The notes under the pieces were generated by a model, which was not told the origin of the DNA, made no database searches, and worked only from the letters and a program-made list of their open reading frames with translations. From assembly GCF_004010195.1 (NCBI RefSeq), contig NC_057720.1, positions 31,991,339 through 32,031,551 on the forward strand: DNA of 40,213 bases, given 5' to 3'. Source of the stretch: Chiloscyllium plagiosum (lineage: Eukaryota). Position 1 is the stretch's first letter. Every line of letters starts with the position of its first letter. Of this stretch, positions 23,748 through 34,734 are shown one piece after another. Position numbers and translations under genes: made by a program.

Positions 23748-24540
23748 TTATGCCAGCATTTTATTGCACATCTCTTTTTGCCCTTGAGGAAGTAGCGGTG
23801 AGCTGCCATCTTGAAGTATTACAGTCCATTGGTATAAACATACCAACAATGTTGTTTGGGAGGGAGCTGCAGGATCTTGACCCAACGACACTGAGAGGTA
23901 TATTTCCAAGTCAGGATGGTGGTGGCTTGGAGGGGAAACTGCAGGCGATAATATTCCCATATATCTGCTGCCCTTGTCCTTCTAGTGGTTATGGGAAGGT
24001 GCTTTTACAGGAGTCTTGGTGAATTCCTGCAGTGCATCTTGCAAAAAGTACACACTGCATGCTACTTAGTGTCAGCATTGAGCGAGTGAATGTTTGTGGA
24101 TTGGATTGCCAATTAATCAAGTTACTTTGTTTTGGATGATGTCATGTTTCTTGCGTGTTCTTCAAGCAGAACACATCCAGGTAAATGGGGAGTATTCCAT
24201 CACATTCCCGATTAGTGCATTGTGGATCGTGGACAGGATTTGGAAAGTTAGGAGGGAGTTACCCCATGCAGGATTCCTGGCCTTTTGACCTGCTCTTATA
24301 GTTGAGATGGTTAGATGGAGGTGGGTACTGCAGATGCTGAAGATTAGAGTCAAGATTAGTGTGGTGCTGGAAAAGCACAGCAGGTCCAGCAGCATCCGAG
24401 GAGCAGGAAAATTGACATTTCGGGCAAAAGTCCTTTATCAGATAAGCCCCAGTGATGGTAGTATGTTGCTCACAATACTTCCTCATGTTTTCCTAATTGA
24501 CTGTCCTCCTTTGGCAAGATCACTTGATGCAGGAATGCAC
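23748..24540 (-). mobile_element. Degraded LINE 3' end (CR1/L2 superclade), tail shared with the Meta-type SINE
   Basis: Peptide NVMEYSPFTWM; 3' end AAGGGCAAAAAGAGATGTGCAATAAAATGCTGGC on the minus strand. Confidence 0.65.
24316..24441 (-). repeat. Penelope-like terminal repeat inserted in the LINE
   Basis: Reverse complement of the 21205-21299 family; mutated core CTGATAAAGGACTTTTGCCCGAAATGTC. Confidence 0.75.
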
Positions 24541-24645
24541 TGTTACTTAGAAAGTTCTTTGCTCAGTTTGTTGATTCCAAGCCATGGGTATCAGATTTAA
24601 ACCGCCTCCTAAGCAATTTGATTTGAAACCAAACCTGTTTCATAT

Positions 24646-25013
24646 TCTCATAGAGGTTTATAAAATCATGACAGGCATGGATAGGATAAATAGACATAAA
24701 TGGGGGTGGGGGTTTCCAGAACTAGCGGGCATAGGTTTTAGGATGAGAGGGGAAAGATATAAAAGGGACCTAAGGGGCAACCTTTTCACGCAGAGGATAG
24801 TGCGTGTATGGAATTACCTGCCAGAGGAAGTGGTGGAGGCTGGTACAATTGCAACATTTAAAAGGCATCTGGATGGGTATATGAATAGGAAGGGTTTAGA
24901 GGGATGTGGGCCAAATGCTGGCAAATGGGACTAGATTAGGTTGGGATATCTGGTCAGCATGGATAAGTTGGACCAAAGGGTCTGTTTCCGTGCTGTCCAT
25001 CTCTATGACTCTA
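24646..25013 (+). mobile_element. CR1 3' fragment, same family as 5272-9586
   Basis: LIEVYKIMTGMDRIN...FTQRIVRVWNYLPEEVVEAGTIATFKRHLDGYM; tail CTCTATGACTCTA. Confidence 0.92.
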
Positions 25014-25296
25014 CGGCTATTTGTTTCAAATCCCAACATTTTATGCCTCACCACCAACAAGTAACCCCCACAGGCCCTTTTATGTTTTTTCTTCCATTGC
25101 TGGCTTGTTCCTACTGTTGCTGGTTCATTGGTCCCAATTTTAAGGAACAGGGAATGGAAACTTTACATTGTTGCAGATGTACACATAGTTTCTTAATTCA
25201 TATACACTGAGCAAGAAACAGAATAGAACATAGAACATAGAACAATACAGCACAGAACAGGCCCTTCGGCCCACGATGTTGTGCCGAACATTTGTC

Positions 25297-26316
25297 CTAG
25301 CTTAAGCACCCATCCATGTACCTATCCAATTGCCGCTTAAAAGTCGCCAATGATTCTGACTCTGCCACTCCCACAGGCAGCGCATTCCATGCCCCCACCA
25401 CTCTCTGGGTAAAGAACCCACCCCTGACATCTCCCCTATACCTTCCACCCTTCACCTTAAATTTATGTCCCCTTGTAACACTCTGTTGTACCCGGGGAAA
25501 AAGTCTCTGACTGTCTACTCTATCTATTCCTCTGATCATCTTATAAACCTCGATCAAGTCACCCCTCATCCTTCGCCGTTCCAACGAGAAAAAGTCTAGC
25601 ACTCTCAACCTATCCTCGTACGACCTATTCTCCATTCCAGGCAACATCCTGGTAAATCTTCTCTGCACCCTCTCCAAAGCTTCCACATCTTTCCTAAAGT
25701 GAGGCGACCAGAACTGCACACAGTACTCCAACTGTGGCCTAACCAAAGTCCTGTACAGCTGCAACATCACTTCACGACTCTTGAATTCAATCCCTCTGCT
25801 AATGAACGATAATACTCCATAGGACTTCTTACAAACTCTATCCACCTGAGTGGCAACCTTCAAAGATCTATGTACATAGACCCCAAGATCCCTCTGTTCC
25901 TCCACCTGACTAAGAACCCTACCATTAACCCTGTATTCCGCATTCTTATTTGTCTTTCCAAAATGGACAACCTCACACTTGGCAGGGTTGAACTCCATCT
26001 GCCACTCCTCAGCCCAGCTCTGCATCATATCTAAGTCCCTCTGCAGCCGACAACAGCCCTCCCCACTGTCCACAACTCCACCTATCTTCGTATCATCTGC
26101 AAATTTACTGACCCACCCTTCGACTCCCTCATCTAAGTCATTAATAAAAATTACAAACAGCAGAGGACCCAAAACTGATCCCTGCGGAACTCCACTTGTA
26201 ACTGGGCTCCAGGCTGAATATTTACCATCTACCACCACTCTCTGCCTTCGACCGGTTAGCCAGTTTTCTATCCAATTGGCCAAATTTCCCTCTATCCCAT
26301 GCCTCCTGACTTCCCG
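25297..26316 (-). pseudogene. CR1 ORF2 reverse transcriptase C-terminal half: uninterrupted frame, but in a 5'-truncated copy
   Basis: 328-aa ORF with GVPQGSVLGPLLF, KFADDTK, YRTLVRPQLEYCVQFWSP; no internal stop before the gap. Confidence 0.9.
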
Positions 26317-26705
26317 NNNNNNNNNNNNNNNNNNNNNNNNNNNNNNNNNNNNNNNNNNNNNNNNNNNNNNNNNNNNNNNNNNNNNNNNNNNNNNNNNNNN
26401 NNNNNNNNNNNNNNNNNNNNNNNNNNNNNNNNNNNNNNNNNNNNNNNNNNNNNNNNNNNNNNNNNNNNNNNNNNNNNNNNNNNNNNNNNNNNNNNNNNNN
26501 NNNNNNNNNNNNNNNNNNNNNNNNNNNNNNNNNNNNNNNNNNNNNNNNNNNNNNNNNNNNNNNNNNNNNNNNNNNNNNNNNNNNNNNNNNNNNNNNNNNN
26601 NNNNNNNNNNNNNNNNNNNNNNNNNNNNNNNNNNNNNNNNNNNNNNNNNNNNNNNNNNNNNNNNNNNNNNNNNNNNNNNNNNNNNNNNNNNNNNNNNNNN
26701 NNNNN
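26317..26705. other. Assembly gap (389 N)
   Basis: Run of N. Confidence 1.
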
Positions 26706-26906
26706 CTTATCTCTTCCGACTCAATACACAGTCTCCCACAACTGTCCTTGATCGTGACCTACCCTCGTTCTCGTCATTCTCATGTTTCTCACATACGCAT
26801 AAAATGCCTTGGGGTTATCCTTGATCCTATCCGCCAAAGATTTTTCATGCCCTCTCTTAGCTCTAATAGAATCTCTCAAATGCAGTTGTCTGTGGAGTTT
26901 CTGTTT

Positions 26907-27197
26907 CTTTTTATTCGTTCATGGGATGTGGATGTTGCTGACTGGGCCATCCTTTGTAACCTTGGAACAGAACGGTTTGTTAGGCCATTTCAGAAGACAG
27001 TTAAGAGTCAACCACAGTGTTGTGGATCTGGAGTCACATGTAGACAAGACCAAGTAAGTGAACCACATGGGATTTTATGACAAACGACAAGGGTTGTGTG
27101 GTTACAATTAGGCTAGCTTTTAATTCCAGATTTTGCAAAACACTTCAAATTTCACCATCTGCCATGAGGAGATTTGAACCTATGCTCCTCAGAATGT
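26907..27197 (-). mobile_element. Meta-domain-type SINE
   Basis: Reverse-complement homolog of 23010-23354 (TTAAGAGTCAACCACA...CTGGAGTCACATGTAG...TTCACCATCTGCCATG). Confidence 0.75.
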
Positions 27198-28399
27198 TTG
27201 GCATTATGGATTATTTTTCTATTGAAAATATGAGTACACCATAACTGTTTAAAGCTGAATTAAAATTTAAAAACCGATAACATTCTGTGAGGGTGCGCAT
27301 TTTGAACTGAAGCATCACAGTAATGTTCTTAAAATCTTTACTTAACACCAGTAAAAGGCTACTATTTGATTTTTGTAAACAACATTCATCACTTCCTGTG
27401 AGAATCATTATACTGGCTCAGACTCTGCAGTCACTAAGCACTGAGACAGTAATTATTATTGCTCAGCCTGTTTGGGTTGTGACCTATAAATCATCTTCTT
27501 TGCACAATTTTCAAAAACAAAACTCTAGAATTTGGAGGGCCAGTTGTGGCTCCTTGACAAATGGTTCTTGGCAGGCATAGGCAAAACCATTGTAACTGAA
27601 GAGATTCCTTTCAGAATTGGGTTGTACCGTGAAGGAGCAGCACCCTGGGCTTTCACTTTTGAGAGAATAGCTTCAGTCTAGTCCACTTCTGGCTTAATAG
27701 ACCTGCCAAGAAGAATTTGGACATTCTCACCTCAGTTCTTTGTGAACATAACTTGTCAATTTGTTGCCAGCCTCATTTGAGAAGTCATTGCATATGGCCT
27801 TTAATCAATAATAACAGACTTTGCAGTTTGTGAACCAAAACCTGTGCCTTCTGCAAAACAGTGACAAGATCCTGGAGAAAAATGCTTGAAACACAAGAAG
27901 TCCTGGCAAGCAAAAAAGATCATCTCAACAAACCTTGTGAATTGGTGCTATTGAACTGTGGTTCCCAGTTTTGTTTCTCCATCCATCCATCCATTTTTTG
28001 TTTGTCTGTCTGCCTGTATATGTGTGTAGCATGATTTTAGTGGAAAGTTAGAATTTTTATCTTGTAGAGTTATATATCAACAGTTCATAGTTGTTAACCT
28101 TTTGTTGGTTCTAGTTGTAATAAAAAGCTGTTCTTGTTATCTACAGAAATCTGGTCCCTAATTTCTGTTAACCTAGGTCTATTTAAAAGGTAAAATTAGT
28201 AACTTTGCATACTTAGGAACTTTCTGCGGCAACTTTGGGAATAATGGGGCTCAATTTCCAGTACGATATTCCAGTGAGATATGAGCCTACAAAAGCGCTT
28301 GTGTAGAAAGTGTCGATTTCCATACTGGTATAGTGTGAGTACCTTTCTGAGATTGAAGTTAAACCAAAAATTAAAGGAGCTTATGGACTCAGATTACTT

Positions 28400-28650
28400 C
28401 CGAAAATGAGATGTTAGGAATGGAACTGAATACTGTACAATCAACCATGAGCATCTCCACTTCTGACCCTATGATGGAGAAAAGGTCATTGAAAATAGTT
28501 GGTCCTCATACACTGCTCTGAGGAACTGCTGCAGTAAGACCTTGAGGATGAGATTGTTGGTCCCTAACAACTACATCAATTTTTCTTTGTCTGAAGCATA
28601 ATTCTAGCCTGTGGCACATTTTTGCCCAGATTCCCATTGATTTCAATCCT
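28400..28650 (-). mobile_element. Degraded LINE RT fragment
   Basis: Minus strand reads AVPQSSV*GPTIFNDLFSIIGSEVEML, resembling PQGSVLGP...INDL. Confidence 0.6.
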
Positions 28651-29054
28651 AGCAAGTCAATAAAGCTCTGATATTCATGGACTTTCTTTCTAAAGTCCCA
28701 TAGTTATAGATTGCATGCTTTTCTAAAAGAATGTCTTGAATGATATCTGCTACACACCTGCATGATACCAATGGGAGCTTCCAGCAAATGTTGTGAAGAA
28801 GGTCTCAAGGTCTGGAGATCATCCTGTGGCTCCAGAAATAAATAGTCAACTTCCTCTTATCTCAGACTGTCATCAGCGATCTTGCAGATGCACAGATACA
28901 GATCTTGTTGCAAGTCCCATCTCCAGGCTTCCTCTTGGGTTCCAATTGAACAGACCAAGTGAAAACCAGAGTCAGTGGCCAGTTACACTTCCTTCATCCT
29001 AATTTAAGTTTGGATGCTTAATCAACGTCTACTTCGGGCACAGCCCCAATTCCA

Positions 29055-29145
29055 CCAGAAATAAAAACAAATGCTCGAAATATTCAATATATTAGGCAGC
29101 TTTGGTGGAGAGAAACAGTTAGCATTTCAAGTTGATGATCTGACT
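29055..29145 (-). repeat. Degraded Penelope-like terminal repeat fragment
   Basis: AAAAACAAATGCTCGAAATATTCA...GGCAGC...TGGAGAGAAACAGTTAGCATTTCAAG. Confidence 0.5.
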
Positions 29146-29159
29146 AATTAGTGAGTATA

Positions 29160-29790
29160 TACTGAGTATTTTTGTCCTAGCTTTCCCCGTCGTAAAAATA
29201 TATCACAGATGTGCTTGAACTTTGAAGAATGTCCATGTTCTGTTAGAGATTTTCTTCACAATTTATGCTTCCAATTTATCTGGGATGCCCTTTTCCATAT
29301 CTGATTTAAACTTTGTGATGTTATGATCACTGTTCCCTTAATATTCCGCAGCTGATACTTGATTCATTTGACCCATTTCATTCCCCAGAAACAGATCCAG
29401 CAGCAGTGGCTCCTTCCCATGTACATAGAAACATACTGTTGTAGAAAACTCCACTGAATGTTTGTTAAAATAAAACTCACCCCCACTGCCCTTGTTTAGC
29501 TTTAAACTGTTAAAACACCTGACTATATTGGGATAATTAAATGCTCCCATTATAATTTCCAGTTGGACACTTATAGAATACACTCAGTAGTAAAATTGGC
29601 CCTTTATTTTTCTTAGTTTTAATCATATAGACTTAAGTTTATTTCTATCCTTGATCCTTTGAGAACATTTTTTTTCCCCAGCACTGTATATTCTCCTTAA
29701 TCTTTACTGTTGCTCCTCTTTTCATTTTTTCTTTCCTGAATGTTTAATACTCAGTTCTGTCTGTTTTTGAGCTGGGTTTCCGATCTTGCC
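29160..29790 (-). mobile_element. Old CR1 endonuclease-region fragment
   Basis: ORF 29338-29583 peptides IIMGAFNYPNI and LLDLFLGNEMGQM. Confidence 0.7.
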
Positions 29791-30010
29791 ATATCAATGG
29801 AGAAATTCTGTTTCTCTTCCCAGGAGCTGCCAGATTTGCATGCTGAGTATTTCTGCGTTGTCTGTTTTTATCCTCCATTTCTATTGCCTATCTAATCTTC
29901 CACCTACCCCCACTCCTGCACAGGCCCAGAGAAATGTTGTGCATGAAATTCTTAGCCTTGGGAATGCATCCCTGCAATGCCTGCTGCTGCCCTGTCTCCA
30001 AACTCCAGAG

Positions 30011-30138
30011 GAGCAAATTACTGCAGATGCTGAAATCTGCACTGAAAACAAAAAAAATGCTGGAGGTCACAACGGGTCAGGCATAATTCATGCAGAGAGA
30101 GCAAGCTAACATTTCAAATCTAGGTGATTCTTCATCTG
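30011..30138 (-). repeat. Penelope-like terminal repeat, same family as 5060-5271
   Basis: GCAAATTACTGCAGATGCTGAAATCTG...GAGAGCAAGCTAACATTTCAAATCTAGGTGATTCTTCATC. Confidence 0.75.
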
Positions 30139-30936
30139 AGGGGTGATTTTATAGAAGTTTATAAAATCATGAGGGACATGGATAGGGTGAATAGATAAGG
30201 TCATTTTTCTGAGGGTAGGGGAGTCCAAAACTAGATGGTTTGGTTTAAGGTGAGAAGGTATAGATATAAAAGGAACCTAAAGTGCAAGACTTGAACCTGA
30301 AAGTAAGGAGATTATGCTCGATTTATACAGGTCATTGGTAAGATCATATCCTAAATACAGCATGTAGTTTTAATCTCATTTAAGGAAGGATGTAAATGTG
30401 TTAAAAGCAGGGCAGACTAAGTTTACTAGGTTAATACCTAGAACAAGTATAGGGTCTTATGAAGAAAAATTATTTTCAGTAGAGGTTAGAAAAGTGAGGG
30501 TTATTTAAGTTCATAACATCCTGAAATGTCTTGACAAGGTGATGTCGAAAGAATATTCCTCCTGTGAGTGAGTCCAGACCTAAGGGACACAGTTTCAAAT
30601 TTAGAGATAGCTCTTTTCTTTTTTCCCAGGGTAGGGGAGTCCAAAATGAGAGGGCATAGTTTTAAGGTGAGAGGGGAAAGATTTAAAAGGGATCTATGGA
30701 GTAACATTTTCATGCAGAGTGTGGTGCATGTATGGAATGAGCTGCCAGAGGATGTGATGGAGGCTGATACAATTGCAATATTTAAAAGACATCTGGATGG
30801 GTATACAATAGGAAGACTTCAGGGTGATATGGCCAAATGCTGGCAAATGGGATTAGATTACTTTAGAATTTCTGGTTGGCATGGACGAGCTGGACCAACA
30901 GATCTGTTTCTGAGCTGTACAACTCTATGATTCTAT
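30139..30936 (+). mobile_element. Cluster of three CR1 3' fragments (~30139-30285, ~30290-30610, ~30617-30936)
   Basis: FFPRVGESKMRGHSFKVRGERFKRDL...WNELPEDV; tail CTCTATGATTCTAT. Confidence 0.85.
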
Positions 30937-31934
30937 ATTGGCAATATTGGCCATAAATGTTTTGGATATGTTTGGATCAAGACAAGAAAATAACCCAGCC
31001 TGTTAAATTTTCAAGTATTCACGTTGATTCTTGTTGCTTTAGTCAAACTATATGAAAATATTTGTACATATATCATTTCACATTTCGATATGTGAACTTA
31101 TTTTGTAAGTAGGTAGGAAGTGTGGTCAGGAGATCTAAGCATTTTGTTGTACTAACCTCACTGCTGCCTTTCTTGTTGGGGAGATGTAAGTGAGGTTAGT
31201 TTAATGCTAGCTGTGAATCCACATGGTAAATTTTTCTCAGTATGGTGCACCACTTATGCCTTTTCTTAATTGTGAAAGGTGCTAGATAAATGCAAGTTCA
31301 TTTTGTTTGTAGATAATGCTGTTACCTGGATGGAGAAGGTACAAAACAGACTCATAATCCATCCAAATGTATTTCAAAATTACTTATCAACTTGACTTTC
31401 TTAACTTCCTTCTCTAACACAGCAACTGAAGATCCATGGCCATGTATCTGAAGACTGAAATGATAAGGGCGACTCTATTTGCATGTCAGCGGGGTCATTG
31501 TTAGAAATATTGTTGTTTAGAATTTATGATTCAGAGGCAGAAACAAAGCTGTCAAATTTTGCAGATGACAGTATATTTAGTGGGGGGGGGGGGGGGGGGG
31601 AAGCTAGAAAGAATATGGAAAATGGATAGATTGGAAAAATGGACTGATGAACAGTAAATGGCATTTAGAGTGAAAAATCATGAGATTAAAGAAGGGAAGA
31701 GGTACAAAAAACTCTTTGGAATGTGAGACTTGAGCCAAGATATGGATAGCAGAATCTAAGATGAACACAAGTTTGTGGAGTTTGGAGGATGGGAGGGTGA
31801 ACAGGAAAAGATCAGAATAGTGGAGTCTGGTGATAACAAAGACAGGGATGAAGATTTCAGCAGCAGGTAGTGATGTTATGGAGGTGGAAGTAGGCAGCCA
31901 TTGGGCTAGCAGGATATCCTAGCTATGGAGGGAA

Positions 31935-32348
31935 TACAATAAAGGGTTTACCATAGTGATACACAGAAACAGAATTTGCAGGAAAAGCTCAGCAGCTCTG
32001 AGGAAAGGTCACCAGACCTGAAACCTGAAATTTGATTTCCCTTCACAGGTGCTACCAGACCTGCTGAGTTTTTCCAGCAAGTTCTGTTTTTGTTTCTGAT
32101 TTACAGCATCTGCAGTTCTTTTAGTTTTTATTTATAATAGTGATTCCTGGGATGGCAGAACTGATGTAGAATGGTGAGCTTGCAGAATTCTCTGCCACAG
32201 AAGGTGGTTGAGGCTGAAACATTGAATGTTTTCAAAAAAGAGTTAAACATAGTTCTTTGGTCTAAAGGAATCAAAGGGTATGGGGAGAAAGCAGGAGAAG
32301 GATACCGGGTTGGTTAAACAGCTACGCTCCTATTTTCTATGTTTCTAT
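31935..32348 (+). mobile_element. CR1 3' fragment interrupted by a Penelope-like insertion
   Basis: AAGGGTTTACC...GATTCCTGGGATGGCAG, GAATTCTCTGCCACAGAAGG, tail TTTCTATGTTTCTAT. Confidence 0.7.
31961..32136 (+). mobile_element. Fold-back Penelope-like mini-insertion with TSD
   Basis: Short inverted arm 31963-31995; core CTGAGGAAAGGTCACCAGACCTGAAAC at 31998-32024; ATAGTGAT at 31953-31960 and 32137-32144 (extends to 14 bp with 2 mismatches). Confidence 0.78.
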
Positions 32349-33721
32349 AATTGGAGAGAACATAGGGTCAGAGCTCTGTTTGCAGGTCAAAGAAGATGCC
32401 AAGCTCGCGTCAACCTGCTTCACCCTGAGATGACAACAGAAAGGAAGTAAGTTAGAACCCATGATAAGGAAATGGAATTCCTGATGGGTGACTGAGGTGA
32501 TCATTTTCACCTTAATTAGAAGAAATTGTTACTTGTCCAAGAGTATTGGTGAGATCAACAAACCATTTAAGTTTCACCACTACAAAATGAGAATTGTAAG
32601 CTCCTCATTGTGTAACTCACGACTAGGTGTTTACAAGTTTGGACACAACTCCATTGTAACTAAGCCTTCAGGAATTGAACATTTTTATGCCTTTATCATG
32701 AGGTACAAGATAAAGCAGATGTTCCTTACCTGATGTACAGTTATCCTGAGATTTTTGAATTCCCAAAGGGACATGAGTCTTTCTCAACTCCTCCACATTC
32801 TTGTAGTTATGAACAAAATCCATCAAGTATATTTGTCACGTTGACCGATGACTGGAACAAAAAGGAACACATTTGCTGTAGTTTTTAATAAGCTCCCAGG
32901 AGGAGCTGATTGTCACTGGTGAAATATTTTTTAAATAAAACTGCACTTGTGTTGGCGTAAATGATAGAAATGTTAGTGTGTTTGTATGAGTCACGGCAAT
33001 GTGACGTTAACTAAGGAACTAATATTCTTCAAGGCAAGAATTCTGTTTTAGGAACATTACCTTGATTGCTGCATGAAATAATTGGACCATGTGTGAGTTT
33101 TCAGGAATTATGTTGTACTAATCATATCTCACTACCCGGGATGATGATAATATGACGCATCAATTGCAGTTTCTGCAGTGTAATCAAGTTGGCAAGCTTG
33201 TGCACTCCCTAATAGATTTCAGATGCTCTAATTGCATTTTATAACAAAATATGTATGATTTATGGGATTGCAACTGTATTTGTATTAGTTAATCAATTAT
33301 TGATTACTGTTAAGTAAACATGAGTGATAATACCATAATCCTCTGTGCAGACACCCTCATACATTAACTAAATGGAATGCCATAATATCAGTCCACCAAG
33401 GGAGAAGGAACGCTTAAATTCTATACATTAAGGGGGAAGAGTTTCACTGTCATATGTATTTTCATAGAAGGCTTTTATCATTAACGACAGATATTCTAAA
33501 GAGAGTATTCTGTTTTTAAATGTTTGTAGGCTGCCTCTGACCATCGGTGTTATAGCATAGAGCAGATTCATCTAGTACGTCGACTGCTTGCTATATGTGG
33601 CCAGTTCAGGATCCAGACATGGCAAATTTCATTTTATTGTCCGTAAGTAAACCAAGAGTAATTGTTGCTCCTGTTACACTTGGGATCACCATCCTTATAC
33701 TTCCAAAGCGCATGTATAAAT

Positions 33722-34088
33722 ACTGGGGTGGACAAAGTTATAATTACACAATGCCATGTTATAGTCCAACAGGTTTATTTGGAAGGTTTCCTGATGAAGG
33801 GCTTTTGCCCGAAATGTCAATTTCGCTGCTCGTTGGATGCTGCTTGAACTGCTGTGCTCTTCCAGCACCACTGCTCCAGAATCTAGTTACCAGCATGTGC
33901 AGTCATTGTTTTTACCAGGTTTATTTGGAAGTACTAGCTTTCGAAGTGCTGCTTCTTCATTGACAACCACCTGATGAAGAAGCAGTGCTTAGAAAGCTAG
34001 CGCTTCCAAATAAACCTTTTGGACTATAATCTGTTGTGCGATTTTTAACTTTGTCCCCCCCAGTCCAACACCGCCTCCTCCAAAACAT
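33722..34088. mobile_element. Fold-back Penelope-like element (second family) hosting a nested insertion
   Basis: 33722-33785 plus 33932-33960 is an imperfect reverse complement of ~33974-34064; core CTGATGAAGAAGCAGTGCTTAGAAAGCTA at 33971-33999. Confidence 0.82.
33786..33915 (+). mobile_element. Penelope-like mini-insertion with 16-bp TSD
   Basis: TSD CAGGTTTATTTGGAAG at 33770-33785 and 33916-33931; core CTGATGAAGGGCTTTTGCCCGAAATGTC at 33791-33818. Confidence 0.87.
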
Positions 34089-34291
34089 AACCTTTTGTGC
34101 ATTTACTGTATAATGATAAGAAAGAAAGAGTTCACAAATATTGTTTGGTTTTACAAGTGTCTTATTTTCTTGGTTATTAATGTGCAGCAGATGTATGTTG
34201 AATAAAAATAAATATGCTAAAATTGTCTACCTTTAGTGACATTCATGGCTTGTTAATGATTTCTATTGTTTTTAGTAAGTTAGGTTGGGTT

Positions 34292-34657
34292 GGGTTGGCT
34301 TAGCTCAATTTGATGGACAGCTGAACAATATCACAAAGTTGTGAGCTCACTACCAAGACAAAGCATCCATCCCACATCAATCTTGTCAAGACCAATCAAG
34401 ACCATATACACTTCAACCAAATCAACCCTCACTCTTGTAAACTCTAGTGAAACAATCCCAGCCCGTTCAGCCTATCCTCATAAGACAACTTGTCTTATGA
34501 ATGATGCTACAATATTGGTTCAATTTCCACACTTGCTGAATTTGCTATGAAGCATTCTCCCCCTCAACCTTTCCCTTCGCCTGAGACATGGTAACCGTCT
34601 CTAGTGAGAGAACAGTGCTGTAGTTCTGGTAACACAGAGTGATGTTAGCTTTTACTC
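34292..34657 (+). mobile_element. tRNA-headed SINE split by an insertion at 34323-34500
   Basis: A-box-like TAGCTCAATTTG before the insertion and B-box-like GGTTCAATTTCC after it; body CTCAACCTTTCCCTTCGCCTGAG recalled as a shark SINE. Confidence 0.6.
34323..34493 (-). repeat. 171-bp inverted duplicate of 36268-36438
   Basis: Direct comparison: 5 mismatches, no indels. Confidence 0.95.
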
Positions 34658-34734
34658 TTCAGTTAATGCAGCATGGCCACAGCATGAAGAATGCAAGCTT
34701 TTACATACTCCATCATTACAGCAATCCTGAATTC

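Larger units (their letters stand above)
25224..26864 (-). mobile_element. Young 5'-truncated CR1 LINE (HER1-like), with 389-N gap
   Basis: Near-identical to 6448-7814; (TTCTATG)n tail; upstream peptide RAKRGHEKSLADRIKDNPKAFYAYVR beyond the gap; AATAGAA at 25222-25228 and 26865-26871 as candidate TSD overlapping the tail. Confidence 0.95.

Noticed and set aside
34281..34298. Telomere-like (GGGTT)n
   Set aside because: Only about three units, not TTAGGG, and adjoining a SINE head.
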